Shown here piece after piece: positions 20,532-29,421 of a DNA stretch of 64,000 bases. The position numbers and the translations under genes are program-made. The notes beneath the pieces were generated by a model, which made no database searches, was not told the origin of the DNA, and saw only the letters and a list, made by a program, of their open reading frames with translations. Source of the stretch: an uncultured bacterium (GTDB taxonomy: Bacteria > Hinthialibacterota > Hinthialibacteria > OLB16); NCBI GenBank assembly GCA_964481775.1, contig CAYZUX010000008.1:169-64168 (forward strand), written 5' to 3'. Numbering within the stretch: the first letter of the stretch is position 1; each line of letters starts with the position of its first letter.

Positions 20532-20618
20532 GGGATTCCGCCCGCTGGGGGGAACTCTTGCTATCCAGCGGACCCTTGCAAGCCAGACTGGACCTCTCCC
20601 TCGAAGAAGACCGTGGGA

Positions 20619-20648
20619 TTGCCATCCAGAGAGGTTGTCCGTTATGCT
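20619..20648 (+). promoter_or_regulatory. Candidate sigma-70 promoter for the nuo operon
   Basis: TTGCCA-18nt-TATGCT about 65 nt upstream of nuoA; pattern match only. Confidence 0.3.
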
Positions 20649-20712
20649 TCAAAGCGAGCTGGTGGCGACAAGATCGCTTCCGGGAATCATTGATCAAATA
20701 TTGTGGTAGCTC

Positions 20713-21201
20713 ATGTATGAACAGTATGCCCATGTCTTGATTTTTGCTTTCGTCGCGGCCGCGGTGGTCATCGCTCCTATCGTCCTGTTCGCGCTGATCC
20801 GTCCCGTCAAACCCCATACAGAAAAACTGACTCCATACGAATGCGGGGAACGTCCGGTCGGAGAGCCCTGGATTCAGTTCAACATCCGGTACTACGTGGT
20901 CTGTATCATCTTCCTTGTGTTCGAGGTGGAAGTTCTCTTCATGCTGCCCTGGGCGGTGGTGTTCAATGCCTTCCGGGATGGCGGCCCGGCTTTGGAGAAA
21001 GCGGCTGGTGGCTTGTCCAATCTACAAGGCGCCAGTGGGGGACTGGCCTTCATCGAGATGCTGGTTTTTCTCGTGATTCTGGCCGTTGGCTTGGCCTATG
21101 TATGGGTAAAAGGGCATCTGGAGTGGGTCAAGGAAGTGACACAACCGACTGAGATGAACAAAGAAAATTCCCTCCCAGGGACTGGGACCTACGGGCAATA
21201 G
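20713..21201 (+). CDS. nuoA: NADH-quinone oxidoreductase subunit A
   Basis: [30 protein letters not shown] and [10 protein letters not shown]; extra Gly-rich loop before TM3. Confidence 0.95.
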   Translation: MYEQYAHVLIFAFVAAAVVIAPIVLFALIRPVKPHTEKLTPYECGERPVGEPWIQFNIRYYVVCIIFLVFEVEVLFMLPWAVVFNAFRDGGPALEKAAGGLSNLQGASGGLAFIEMLVFLVILAVGLAYVWVKGHLEWVKEVTQPTEMNKENSLPGTGTYGQ

Positions 21202-21217
21202 AGATTCAGGAGTAATC

Positions 21218-21715
21218 ATGGGCCTTTTGGAGCACCAGTTCGAGGACAGCGCGATTTTCGCCACGGCGGATGAGGTCATCAGTTGGGTACGCGAAAGCTC
21301 CATCTGGCCGATGACCTTCGGATTGGCCTGTTGTGCGATTGAGATGATGTCGACCGCCGCCTGCAAGTTTGATCTGGACCGTTTCGGTGCGGGGGTTTTT
21401 CGCGCTTCGCCACGCCAGTCGGACCTCATGATTGTCTCGGGAACTGTGACCAAGAAGATGGCCCCACGGCTCAAGCTGTTGTATGACCAGATGCCCGATC
21501 CCAAGTGGGTAATCGCTATGGGGAGTTGCGCGATCGGTGGAGGACCTTATTACATCCATGGTTATCATGTGGTCAAAGGTGTGGATCTGATTGTTCCGGT
21601 GGATGTGTATGTTCCCGGTTGTCCGCCTCGTCCGGAAACCCTGATTGCGGGGATCCTGGAGCTGCAGAAGAAAATTGAAGAGACGCCGACCCTGCGCCGT
21701 CCCAGCGCGGCTTAA
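21218..21715 (+). CDS. nuoB: NADH-quinone oxidoreductase subunit B
   Basis: [24 protein letters not shown] and PGCPPRPE (N2 cluster ligands); no NuoC fusion. Confidence 0.97.
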   Translation: MGLLEHQFEDSAIFATADEVISWVRESSIWPMTFGLACCAIEMMSTAACKFDLDRFGAGVFRASPRQSDLMIVSGTVTKKMAPRLKLLYDQMPDPKWVIAMGSCAIGGGPYYIHGYHVVKGVDLIVPVDVYVPGCPPRPETLIAGILELQKKIEETPTLRRPSAA

Positions 21716-21750
21716 GGTGGTGCTTCTCAACACGATATAAGGAGCGAAGG

Positions 21751-22878
21751 TTGCCGACCGGTTCACTGAAAAGCGAACGCATGTTGATCTCGATGGGGCC
21801 GCAGCACCCTTCGACCCATGGCGTTCTACGTCTCCTTCTCCAGACCGATGGCGAGGTGATCGAAACAGCCGAGCCCTATCTCGGGTATCTGCACCGTTGC
21901 GCCGAAAAAATCGGCGAAAACCTTACCTACAATCAATACACCCCCTACACCGACCGGATGGATTACCTCGCCTCGATGAACGAGAACTGGGCGTGGTGCC
22001 GCGCGGTGGAAACCCTTTGCGGAGTGGGAGTCCCCGACCGTGCCGAGTACATCAGGGTCATTGTCTGCGAGCTCAACCGGATCGCCAGTCACCTGCTGGC
22101 TCTCGGTACCCATGGTCTCGACACTGGCGCCTTCACCCCCTTCCTCCTGGCTTTTCGTGAACGTGAGCATGTGGTTCTGATTCTCGAGGCCATCTGCGGG
22201 GCGCGTCTCACCTACAACTATGTGCGCATCGGAGGGGTGCTGTGGGACCTTCTCCCGGAACACATCGAGATGACCCTCAAATTCCTCGATCAGTTCGATG
22301 CCCGTCTGGATGAGATCAATGATCTGCTCACCCACAACCACATTTTTGTCCGGCGGACCGCCAATGTGGGAATCGTGACTCCTGAGCAGGCGATCGAGTA
22401 TGGCTTTACCGGGCCAAACCTGCGTGCCTCGGGCATCGATTGGGATTTGAGGCGGGATGAGCCTTTCTCAGTATACCCTGAGTTGAGTTTCGAGATCCCG
22501 GTTGGGAGAGGCATCAAGGGAACTATCGGAGATTCCTGGGACCGCTATTGGGTCCGTTTCGAGGAGATGCGCCAGTGTTCACGTATGATCCGGCAAGCCA
22601 TCGAGCAGCTTCCCGCAGGACCCTGCTGCGGCCCTGTTCCCAAGGTGCTCAAGGCTCCCAAGGGACGTGAAGTGTATGTCCGTACCGAGAACCCGCGCGG
22701 CGAGCTGGCCTTCTATATCGTCAGCGAGGGCAAGAACATCCCCTACCGGGTTAAGGTCCGTGCCCCGGCCTTTGTCAGCCTGTGTATTATAGAAGATCTG
22801 TGGACCAACATCTTTGTCGCCGATATGGTGGCCGCGGTGGGAAGTCTCGACATTGTCATGGGGCAGGTGGACCGCTAG
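21751..22878 (+). CDS. nuoD: NADH-quinone oxidoreductase subunit D (not fused to NuoC)
   Basis: MGPQHPSTHGVLRL, GYLHR, DRMDYL, ENPRGE and C-terminal LDIVMGQVDR. No Ni-binding CxxC pairs. SD AAGGAG before the TTG start. Confidence 0.96.
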   Translation: MPTGSLKSERMLISMGPQHPSTHGVLRLLLQTDGEVIETAEPYLGYLHRCAEKIGENLTYNQYTPYTDRMDYLASMNENWAWCRAVETLCGVGVPDRAEYIRVIVCELNRIASHLLALGTHGLDTGAFTPFLLAFREREHVVLILEAICGARLTYNYVRIGGVLWDLLPEHIEMTLKFLDQFDARLDEINDLLTHNHIFVRRTANVGIVTPEQAIEYGFTGPNLRASGIDWDLRRDEPFSVYPELSFEIPVGRGIKGTIGDSWDRYWVRFEEMRQCSRMIRQAIEQLPAGPCCGPVPKVLKAPKGREVYVRTENPRGELAFYIVSEGKNIPYRVKVRAPAFVSLCIIEDLWTNIFVADMVAAVGSLDIVMGQVDR

Positions 22879-22881
22879 ATC

Positions 22882-24114
22882 ATGTACTCCAAGCTCTACG
22901 ATATCCTCTACTCCAGCCTCGAGTTCCTTTTGAATATCCCCTTCTGGGTATTCGGATCGCAGGTACCGGACTGGCTGGTTTTCATCCATGTCAGCCTGGT
23001 GCTGGGCGGAATCTGTGTCATGGGCTTTGTCTCGGTGCTGGCCATGTTTTCGGTTTGGGCGGAGAGAAAAGTTTCGGCTTTCATGCAGGCCCGTCTCGGA
23101 CCGATGGAGGTGGGGGCCTATCATGGCTGGCTGCAAACTGTGGCCGATGCCATGAAACTCCTGCTCAAGGAAGACATCATCCCCGCTTCCTCGGACAAGG
23201 CGCTTTTCCTCATTGCGCCGATGCTGGTGTTTACTGGGACATTGATCTCTTACGTGGTCATCCCCTTCGGTCCTTTTCTCAAAGTTGCGGATATGGATCT
23301 GGGGGTGTTCTACATCCTGGCCACCTCGGCCCTGGTGGTGGTCGGGATCATTTCGGCTGGGTGGGCCTCCTTCAACAAGTGGTCCATCTATGGCTCCATG
23401 CGTGCCGCCTCACAGTATATCAGTTATGAGATCCCGACTGCGTTGCACCTGCTGCCGGCAATCCTGATGGCTGGATCGCTGAATATGTCGGTCATCGCGG
23501 ATAGCCAGACGTATTACCTGGGCGATCCGAATCAACCTTTCTACAAAGACTTCAGCTTCCTGAACTGGGCGGTATGGCCCTGGATCAATCCCTTTGCCAC
23601 TGCCTCCTTCATCATGTACTACATTGCCAGCCTGGCGGAGACACAGAGGACACCATTCGATCTGGCCGAATCCGAGTCGGAGCTCGTGGCGGGCAGTCAC
23701 ACCGAGTTTTCGGGCATCCGCTGGTCATTCTTCTTCCTGGCGGAATATGCCGATATGTTCGTGGTTTCAGCCCTGGGGACCGTGGTGTTCCTCGGCGGCT
23801 GGCATGGAATTCCGTTGATTCCACCATTACCGGAGTTCATGCTCAAAACTTTGTTCCTGATGTTCGTGGCCATCTGGCTGCGCTGGACTTTGCCACGCTT
23901 GCGTGTTGACCAGCTGACCTATGTCTGTTGGAAGGTGCTGCTCCCCTTCGGTTTCGTCACCGTGTTGGGGACTGCTTTCTGGCAGCTTTATTTCACACGC
24001 CGTCCAGCGGGTTATGTGGCGGGGATCGTGTTGACCGCACTGGTGGTTTTTGTGATCCACCGGATCTGGAAAAGCGAGCCGGTGCCCAAACGGCAGCCGG
24101 TGTTAGCGGTGTAG
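22882..24114 (+). CDS. nuoH: NADH-quinone oxidoreductase subunit H, extended termini
   Basis: AERKVSAFMQARLGP, ADAMKLLLKED, ETQRTPFDLAESESELVAG and RWTLPRLRVDQL. Confidence 0.96.
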   Translation: MYSKLYDILYSSLEFLLNIPFWVFGSQVPDWLVFIHVSLVLGGICVMGFVSVLAMFSVWAERKVSAFMQARLGPMEVGAYHGWLQTVADAMKLLLKEDIIPASSDKALFLIAPMLVFTGTLISYVVIPFGPFLKVADMDLGVFYILATSALVVVGIISAGWASFNKWSIYGSMRAASQYISYEIPTALHLLPAILMAGSLNMSVIADSQTYYLGDPNQPFYKDFSFLNWAVWPWINPFATASFIMYYIASLAETQRTPFDLAESESELVAGSHTEFSGIRWSFFFLAEYADMFVVSALGTVVFLGGWHGIPLIPPLPEFMLKTLFLMFVAIWLRWTLPRLRVDQLTYVCWKVLLPFGFVTVLGTAFWQLYFTRRPAGYVAGIVLTALVVFVIHRIWKSEPVPKRQPVLAV

Positions 24115-24184
24115 GGCGGGGCTTGCCCCGCCGTGGAAGTCAGGGTTCCTATGGACCAAATCGGTGGGGCAAGCCCCACCCTAC
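24111..24184. repeat. REPIN, REP family A doublet between nuoH and nuoI
   Basis: GTAGGGCGGGGCTTGCCCCGCC (24111-24132) and inverted GGTGGGGCAAGCCCCACCCTAC (24163-24184). Confidence 0.88.
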
Positions 24185-24233
24185 AAGGGTCAGGTTCGGT
24201 TGGTTAAACCGCACCCCACAAGAGATAAGGAAT

Positions 24234-24770
24234 ATGGAATCAGTCCGTCGGTATTTCAAAGAAGTCGTGGATGGGTTCGTCACCGTGCTGGTCGGCATGG
24301 TGGTGACCGGGCGCGAGTTCGTGCAGCACAAGGAGCGGGTCATCACCACCCAATACCCCAAGGAGGCGACAGTCCTGCCGCCGCGTTTCCGGGGGATGCT
24401 CTTCAATGATGTTCAGAAGTGCATCGCGTGCCTGCTGTGCGCCAAGGACTGCCCTGTGGACTGCATTGTGGTGACAGGTGTTGGCAAGGGAAAAGCGCGC
24501 CGCCCCGATGTCTTTACAATCGATTTTAACAAATGTATGTGGTGCAATCTGTGCGTGGAGGTCTGCCCGGTCGAGAGCCTCTACATGACCCATGAATTCG
24601 AAACCACCTTCCGGGACCGGAGGAACATGCTGGTCGATTTCATGAAGTATGATCAGGCTCCGCCGCGTCCCATCGGGGATGAGATTGCACCTGAGAAGCA
24701 ATGGACCGGCCCGAAGGCCAAGGTGGTGGAGCCACCAGTTACGGAGGAGCCACCGAAAACGGAGGCGTAG
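24234..24770 (+). CDS. nuoI: NADH-quinone oxidoreductase subunit I
   Basis: Two ferredoxin motifs, CIACLLCAKDCP and CMWCNLCVEVCP. ATG 24234 follows SD AAGGA. Confidence 0.96.
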   Translation: MESVRRYFKEVVDGFVTVLVGMVVTGREFVQHKERVITTQYPKEATVLPPRFRGMLFNDVQKCIACLLCAKDCPVDCIVVTGVGKGKARRPDVFTIDFNKCMWCNLCVEVCPVESLYMTHEFETTFRDRRNMLVDFMKYDQAPPRPIGDEIAPEKQWTGPKAKVVEPPVTEEPPKTEA

Positions 24771-24839
24771 GGTGGGGCTTGCCCCACCATGTTTTTACGA
24801 CGGTTGTTGATTACCCCGGTGGGGCAAGCCCCACCCTAA
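24767..24839. repeat. REPIN, REP family A doublet between nuoI and nuoJ
   Basis: GTAGGGTGGGGCTTGCCCCACC (24767-24788) and inverted GGTGGGGCAAGCCCCACCCTAA (24818-24839). Confidence 0.88.
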
Positions 24840-24844
24840 AAGAT

Positions 24845-25357
24845 ATGTTTGACTTCATCTTCTATCTCTTTTCCTTGGTGTGCGTGGGCTCGGCGTTGTT
24901 CGTGGCCTTCACTCCCAATGTGGTCCATGCGGCCCTCTCGCTGGGAGCCACCTTCGCGAGCATGGCGGGCCTTTATCTCCTGCTGGGAGCGGACTTCATC
25001 GCGGTCACCCAGGTGGCCATCTATGTCGGCGCGATCCTGGTCCTCATGCTCTTTGGCATCATGTACACCCACAATGTGGCGCGGATCTCCGGGGAGGAGG
25101 TCACCATGCAGGTCGGCGCGGGATTGGTGGTGGCGTTTCTGACCCTCTTCACCCTGGTGGCTGCGGTGGTTTCGACCCAGTGGCCGGTCAAGGAAGTGGC
25201 CAGTCCGCAGCCCACCGTGGAACGCATCGGCGTCCTGTTTCTGACCGACTACCTGATTCCCTTCGAGGTGGCCTCGGTGCTGCTTCTGGTGGCTCTCATC
25301 GGCGCGGTTGTCATCGCCCACTCAGTCCAGACAGCCAGGAGCGAGGATGAATCATGA
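24845..25357 (+). CDS. nuoJ: NADH-quinone oxidoreductase subunit J
   Basis: NVVHAALSL, QVAIYVGAILVLMLFGIM and YLIPFEVASVLLLVALIGAV. Confidence 0.95.
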   Translation: MFDFIFYLFSLVCVGSALFVAFTPNVVHAALSLGATFASMAGLYLLLGADFIAVTQVAIYVGAILVLMLFGIMYTHNVARISGEEVTMQVGAGLVVAFLTLFTLVAAVVSTQWPVKEVASPQPTVERIGVLFLTDYLIPFEVASVLLLVALIGAVVIAHSVQTARSEDES

Positions 25358-25659
25358 TCGGGCTGACCCACTTTCTCATTGTCAGCGCGCTGTTGTTCTC
25401 CATTGGCCTGTTCATTGTCATCACACGCCGTCATGGGATCATGATGTTGATGGGACTGGAGATCATCCTGAATGCGGCCAACCTGAATCTGGTGGCCTTC
25501 AGCCGTTATGTCGAGGGTGGGGTGCGCGGCCAGGCTTTCGCGGTCTTCGTGATCATCCTCGCGGCGGCAGAGGCGGCCATCGCGCTGGCGATCATCCTCT
25601 CGATCTACTCGAATCTTTCGAAGATCAATCTCGATGAACTCAAGAGTATGAAGGAATAG
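25354..25659 (+). CDS. nuoK: NADH-quinone oxidoreductase subunit K
   Basis: MLMGLEIILNAANLNLVAFS and AAAEAAIALAI (both conserved Glu present); ATGA overlap with nuoJ. Confidence 0.96.
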   Translation: MIGLTHFLIVSALLFSIGLFIVITRRHGIMMLMGLEIILNAANLNLVAFSRYVEGGVRGQAFAVFVIILAAAEAAIALAIILSIYSNLSKINLDELKSMKE

Positions 25660-25665
25660 GCCGCC

Positions 25666-27828
25666 ATGGTGATCCGTCCCCTGCTCATTGTCCTGTTCCC
25701 CCTGCTCTCTTTCTGGGTGATCATGCTTTTCGGAAGGATGGGGAAGCTGCGCGGCATCTGTGACAAGATCGCGGTCGGCGCGATCGCCTTGTCTTTCCTG
25801 CTCTCCTACACCATCTACCGCCAGGCTATCTCGGCTTACAATGGCGGCGAGGAATTTCTGGTTCTCAACCAGACTCCTTATGCCTTTATGACCTTCACCA
25901 ATCCCGAAACAGGGGCTCCCCTAGTCTGGAAGCTCGGTTTCTGGATCGACAGCCTGACCGCGATGATGCTGATGGTAGTCACCATTGTCAGTCTCCTGGT
26001 CCACATCTTTTCATTGGGCTATATGAAGGGTGAGGAGAATTATGGACGATTTTTCGGATTTCTCAGTCTTTTCTCCTTCTCGATGCTGTTGCTGGTTCTG
26101 ACTGACAACCTCTTCATCCTGTATGTCTGCTGGGAGCTGGTCGGCATCTCCTCGTTCCTGTTGATCGGGTTCTATGTGAACCGGGCTTCGGCGGCGGCCG
26201 CCGCCAAGAAGGCCTTTCTTACCAACCGGGTGGGCGATCTGGGCTTCGCGATCGGCCTCTTCATCATTTACTCCAAGTTCCACACTTTCTCGTATATCGA
26301 GGTCTTCGAACGGATCAAGGCCGGCGAAATGAGTGGAACCCTGCTCACCATTACCAGCCTGTTCCTGTTCTGCGGCGCGGTGGGCAAGTCGGCGCAGTTC
26401 CCACTTCACATTTGGCTCCCCGATGCCATGGAAGGCCCGACTCCGGTCAGCGCCCTGATCCATGCCGCGACCATGGTGGCCGCCGGGGTCTACATGGTGG
26501 CGCGTCTGTTCCCCATCTTCACTCCCGATTCACTGCTGGTGGTGGCCTACATCGGGACTTTCACCGCACTCATGGCCGCGACCATTGCCATCACTCAGTT
26601 CGACATCAAACGGGTGCTGGCCTATTCCACCCTGAGTCAGCTTGGCTACATGATGGCGGGCCTGGGTGTGACCGCTTATACCGCATCCATGTTCCACCTG
26701 ACCACCCATGCCTTTTTCAAGGCGTTGCTCTTTCTCTGCTCCGGTTCGGTCATTCTTGCGCTGCACCATGAGCAGGATATGCGCAAGATGGGCGGCCTGT
26801 GGAGGAAGACACCCATCACCTGTCTGACCATGCTGATAGGCTGCCTGGCGATCTCGGGAATCCCCTTCCTCTCAGGATTTTATTCGAAGGACATGATCCT
26901 TGCCGGCGCGCTCCACTTTGGCATGGAACACCCGCAACACATGCTGCTGCCCATCGCCCTCTTCGCCGCCGCCGGGATGACCGCCTTTTACATGTTCCGT
27001 CTCTTCTTCATGACCTTCACCGGAACTCCCAGAGATTCCCATGCCTTCAGCCATGCCCATGAAAGCCCGCGAGTGGTTACCATTCCCCTGATATTGCTCG
27101 CTTTGCTTTCGATCGGTTCGGGGTGGGAGCATGTGGGATTGGGCGGGTTCTTCAAGGAACGGGTCATTCCATTCGGGAGCCCTCCGCCAGCTGTCAGTCA
27201 TCAGGCTTCCGTTGATGCGGGCGGGCAGGCCGCCTTCGCCCAGGATACCCATGAAGCGCCCGCCGCTCCGGTGGCTCATGGAACCGCTGCTCCACCCGAA
27301 GGGCACTCAACAGGTGGTCATGCCACCCATGACATCGCGCACACCGCGCATGTCCTGGCCATGACCTTGAGCGTAATTGGCTCGGTAATCGCCATTTTCT
27401 TTTCCGCCTTGTGCTACTGGGAACGCTTCCGGGTGATCGATCCGGCACGTGGTGCGCGGATGTTTGGCAAGCTCTATGACCTTTCCTACAACAAGTACTA
27501 TGTCGATGAGTTCTATGACCGCACCCTCTACCGGGCTGTGGACTGGTTGCGAGGATCTCTGGCTCGTTTCGACCTGGGAATCATCGATGGGATTGTGAAT
27601 GGATCAGCTCATTACACCGCCAGGTTCTCCAAAGGAACTGGACGTTTTGACCTGGGAATCATTGATGGCATTGTGAACTGGTTTGCCGATTTCTGTCAGG
27701 ACATCGGTCAACGGGTTCGCAGGGTGGAGACCGGTATCATCCAAAATTACATTCTCAGGGCCGGTGGTGCGGTGGGAGTGATCGTGATTGTCTGGATTGT
27801 AGTGAAGAGTCTTGTGGGAGGGGCATAA
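25666..27828 (+). CDS. nuoL: NADH-quinone oxidoreductase subunit L with His-rich loop and 26-aa duplicated transverse-helix segment
   Basis: CWELVG, GKSAQFPLHIWLPDAMEGPTPVSALIHAATMV, FHLTTHAFFKALLFL, FYSKD and NKYYVDEFY motifs. Confidence 0.97.
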   Translation: MVIRPLLIVLFPLLSFWVIMLFGRMGKLRGICDKIAVGAIALSFLLSYTIYRQAISAYNGGEEFLVLNQTPYAFMTFTNPETGAPLVWKLGFWIDSLTAMMLMVVTIVSLLVHIFSLGYMKGEENYGRFFGFLSLFSFSMLLLVLTDNLFILYVCWELVGISSFLLIGFYVNRASAAAAAKKAFLTNRVGDLGFAIGLFIIYSKFHTFSYIEVFERIKAGEMSGTLLTITSLFLFCGAVGKSAQFPLHIWLPDAMEGPTPVSALIHAATMVAAGVYMVARLFPIFTPDSLLVVAYIGTFTALMAATIAITQFDIKRVLAYSTLSQLGYMMAGLGVTAYTASMFHLTTHAFFKALLFLCSGSVILALHHEQDMRKMGGLWRKTPITCLTMLIGCLAISGIPFLSGFYSKDMILAGALHFGMEHPQHMLLPIALFAAAGMTAFYMFRLFFMTFTGTPRDSHAFSHAHESPRVVTIPLILLALLSIGSGWEHVGLGGFFKERVIPFGSPPPAVSHQASVDAGGQAAFAQDTHEAPAAPVAHGTAAPPEGHSTGGHATHDIAHTAHVLAMTLSVIGSVIAIFFSALCYWERFRVIDPARGARMFGKLYDLSYNKYYVDEFYDRTLYRAVDWLRGSLARFDLGIIDGIVNGSAHYTARFSKGTGRFDLGIIDGIVNWFADFCQDIGQRVRRVETGIIQNYILRAGGAVGVIVIVWIVVKSLVGGA
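27565..27678 (+). repeat. In-frame direct repeat in nuoL, period 78 bp (RFDLGIIDGIVN x2)
   Basis: 27565-27600 vs 27643-27678: 32/36 nt identical, all four differences synonymous. Confidence 0.95.
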
Positions 27829-27833
27829 ACCCG

Positions 27834-29393
27834 ATGTTCAGTCTGACTTTCCTGACCTTCTTCCCCATTATCGGCGCGGCGATACTCTGCGTCCTGCGCG
27901 ATGATGAGACCATCCGCCGTGTGGCTCTGGTGATCACGCTGATCACCTTCGTGCCTGGGTTGGCGATGATGTTAGACTTCAACGAAAGCTACAGCGAAGC
28001 TCAGGTGGCTGCCGCCGCCATGCCCCAAGCCGCCGGAAAGATGGTTTTCGCTTATGAGAAAAAAAACCCCTGGATCGGTTCCTTCAATATCAACTACCAC
28101 ATGGGCGCTGATGGGCTGTCCATGCCCTTCATATTCCTCACCGCTTTTCTCTGTCCCTTGTGTGTACTGGCCTCTTGGGGGATCAAGGAAAAGGTGAAGG
28201 GCTACATGGCGCTCTTCCTGCTGTTGGAGGGGGCCATGATCGGAGTTTTCGCGGCCCTGGATCTCTTCCTCTTTTTTGTGTTCTGGGAGCTGATGCTGGT
28301 GCCGATGTATTTCCTGATCGGCATCTGGGGCGGGCCACGGCGGGTGTATGCCGCCATCAAGTTCGTGCTTTACACCCTTTTTGGCTCGGTGTTCCTCTTC
28401 ATCGCCATGCTGGTCCTGTTTGCCAAGACCGGTTCCTTCAGTCTGGTTGACCTGCCTGCCATGATGAGCGGGATAGGGATGTCCTGGGGGATCAAGGTGG
28501 CCCTCTTCATCGGATTGTATGTCGCCTTCGCGATCAAGATCCCGGCCTTCCCCTTCCACACCTGGTTGCCGGATGCCCATGTGGAGGCTCCCACAGCGAT
28601 CAGTGTGATCCTGGCGGGGATCCTGTTGAAGATGGGAACTTACGGTCTTTTCAGGATCAGCTTTCCCATCTTCCCGGAGGCGACCGCCTGGTTCTGTACT
28701 CCTCTGGCCATCTTCGGTCTGATCAACATCGTGTATGGTGCGCTCTGCGCCATGGCCCAGTCTGACCTCAAGAAGCTGGTTGCCTACTCCAGCATCAGCC
28801 ACATGGGGTATGTCATGCTGGGGATGGCGGTTTACAAGGAGGAGGCCCTGCAAGGAGCGGTCTTCCAGATGTTCAACCATGGAACCATCACCTCCATGCT
28901 GTTCCTTCTGGTCGGTGTGGTTTATGACCGTGCCCACCACAGGGAGATCGATGGCTTCGGCGGGCTGGTCAAACCGATGCCGATCTATGGCGGCTACACC
29001 GCTTTCGCTTTCTTTGCGGCCTTGGGACTGCCGGGCTTGAGCGGATTTATTTCCGAGGCGTTGATCTTCTTCGGGTCTTTCCAGGAGCAACGGTTGATCG
29101 CCTGTCTGGCCACCTCGGGGATTTTGCTTGGTGCGGCTTACATGTTGTGGACCTACCAGCGTGTCTTCATGGGGCCGCTTAATGAGAAATACGAAACCAT
29201 CCCCGAGATCAACCTGCGTGAGATCTGCACCCTCGCCCCGCTGGCCTTTGTCATTCTCCTGTTGGGAATCTTCCCTTCCATCTTTCTCAATTCGATTGAT
29301 CCGACCATGGATGCGATGTTGGCCCTGTTGCAGAAAGGGAGAGTGGCCTACGAGGCGATGAGCGCTCAGGTGGCGATGATAGGGATGCCCTGA
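27834..29393 (+). CDS. nuoM: NADH-quinone oxidoreductase subunit M (single copy)
   Basis: FFVFWELMLVP, AFAIKIPAFPFHTWLPDAHVEAP, LLKMG, AYSSISHMG and GFISE. Confidence 0.97.
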   Translation: MFSLTFLTFFPIIGAAILCVLRDDETIRRVALVITLITFVPGLAMMLDFNESYSEAQVAAAAMPQAAGKMVFAYEKKNPWIGSFNINYHMGADGLSMPFIFLTAFLCPLCVLASWGIKEKVKGYMALFLLLEGAMIGVFAALDLFLFFVFWELMLVPMYFLIGIWGGPRRVYAAIKFVLYTLFGSVFLFIAMLVLFAKTGSFSLVDLPAMMSGIGMSWGIKVALFIGLYVAFAIKIPAFPFHTWLPDAHVEAPTAISVILAGILLKMGTYGLFRISFPIFPEATAWFCTPLAIFGLINIVYGALCAMAQSDLKKLVAYSSISHMGYVMLGMAVYKEEALQGAVFQMFNHGTITSMLFLLVGVVYDRAHHREIDGFGGLVKPMPIYGGYTAFAFFAALGLPGLSGFISEALIFFGSFQEQRLIACLATSGILLGAAYMLWTYQRVFMGPLNEKYETIPEINLREICTLAPLAFVILLLGIFPSIFLNSIDPTMDAMLALLQKGRVAYEAMSAQVAMIGMP

Positions 29394-29421
29394 TGGACTG
29401 AAGTAAGAACGGTAACGAAAC

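Noticed and set aside
21751-22878. Group 4 [NiFe]-hydrogenase large subunit (which would explain the odd operon)
   Set aside because: It lacks both Ni-binding CxxC motifs, ends in the NuoD-type DIVMGQVDR and retains the quinone-site residues.
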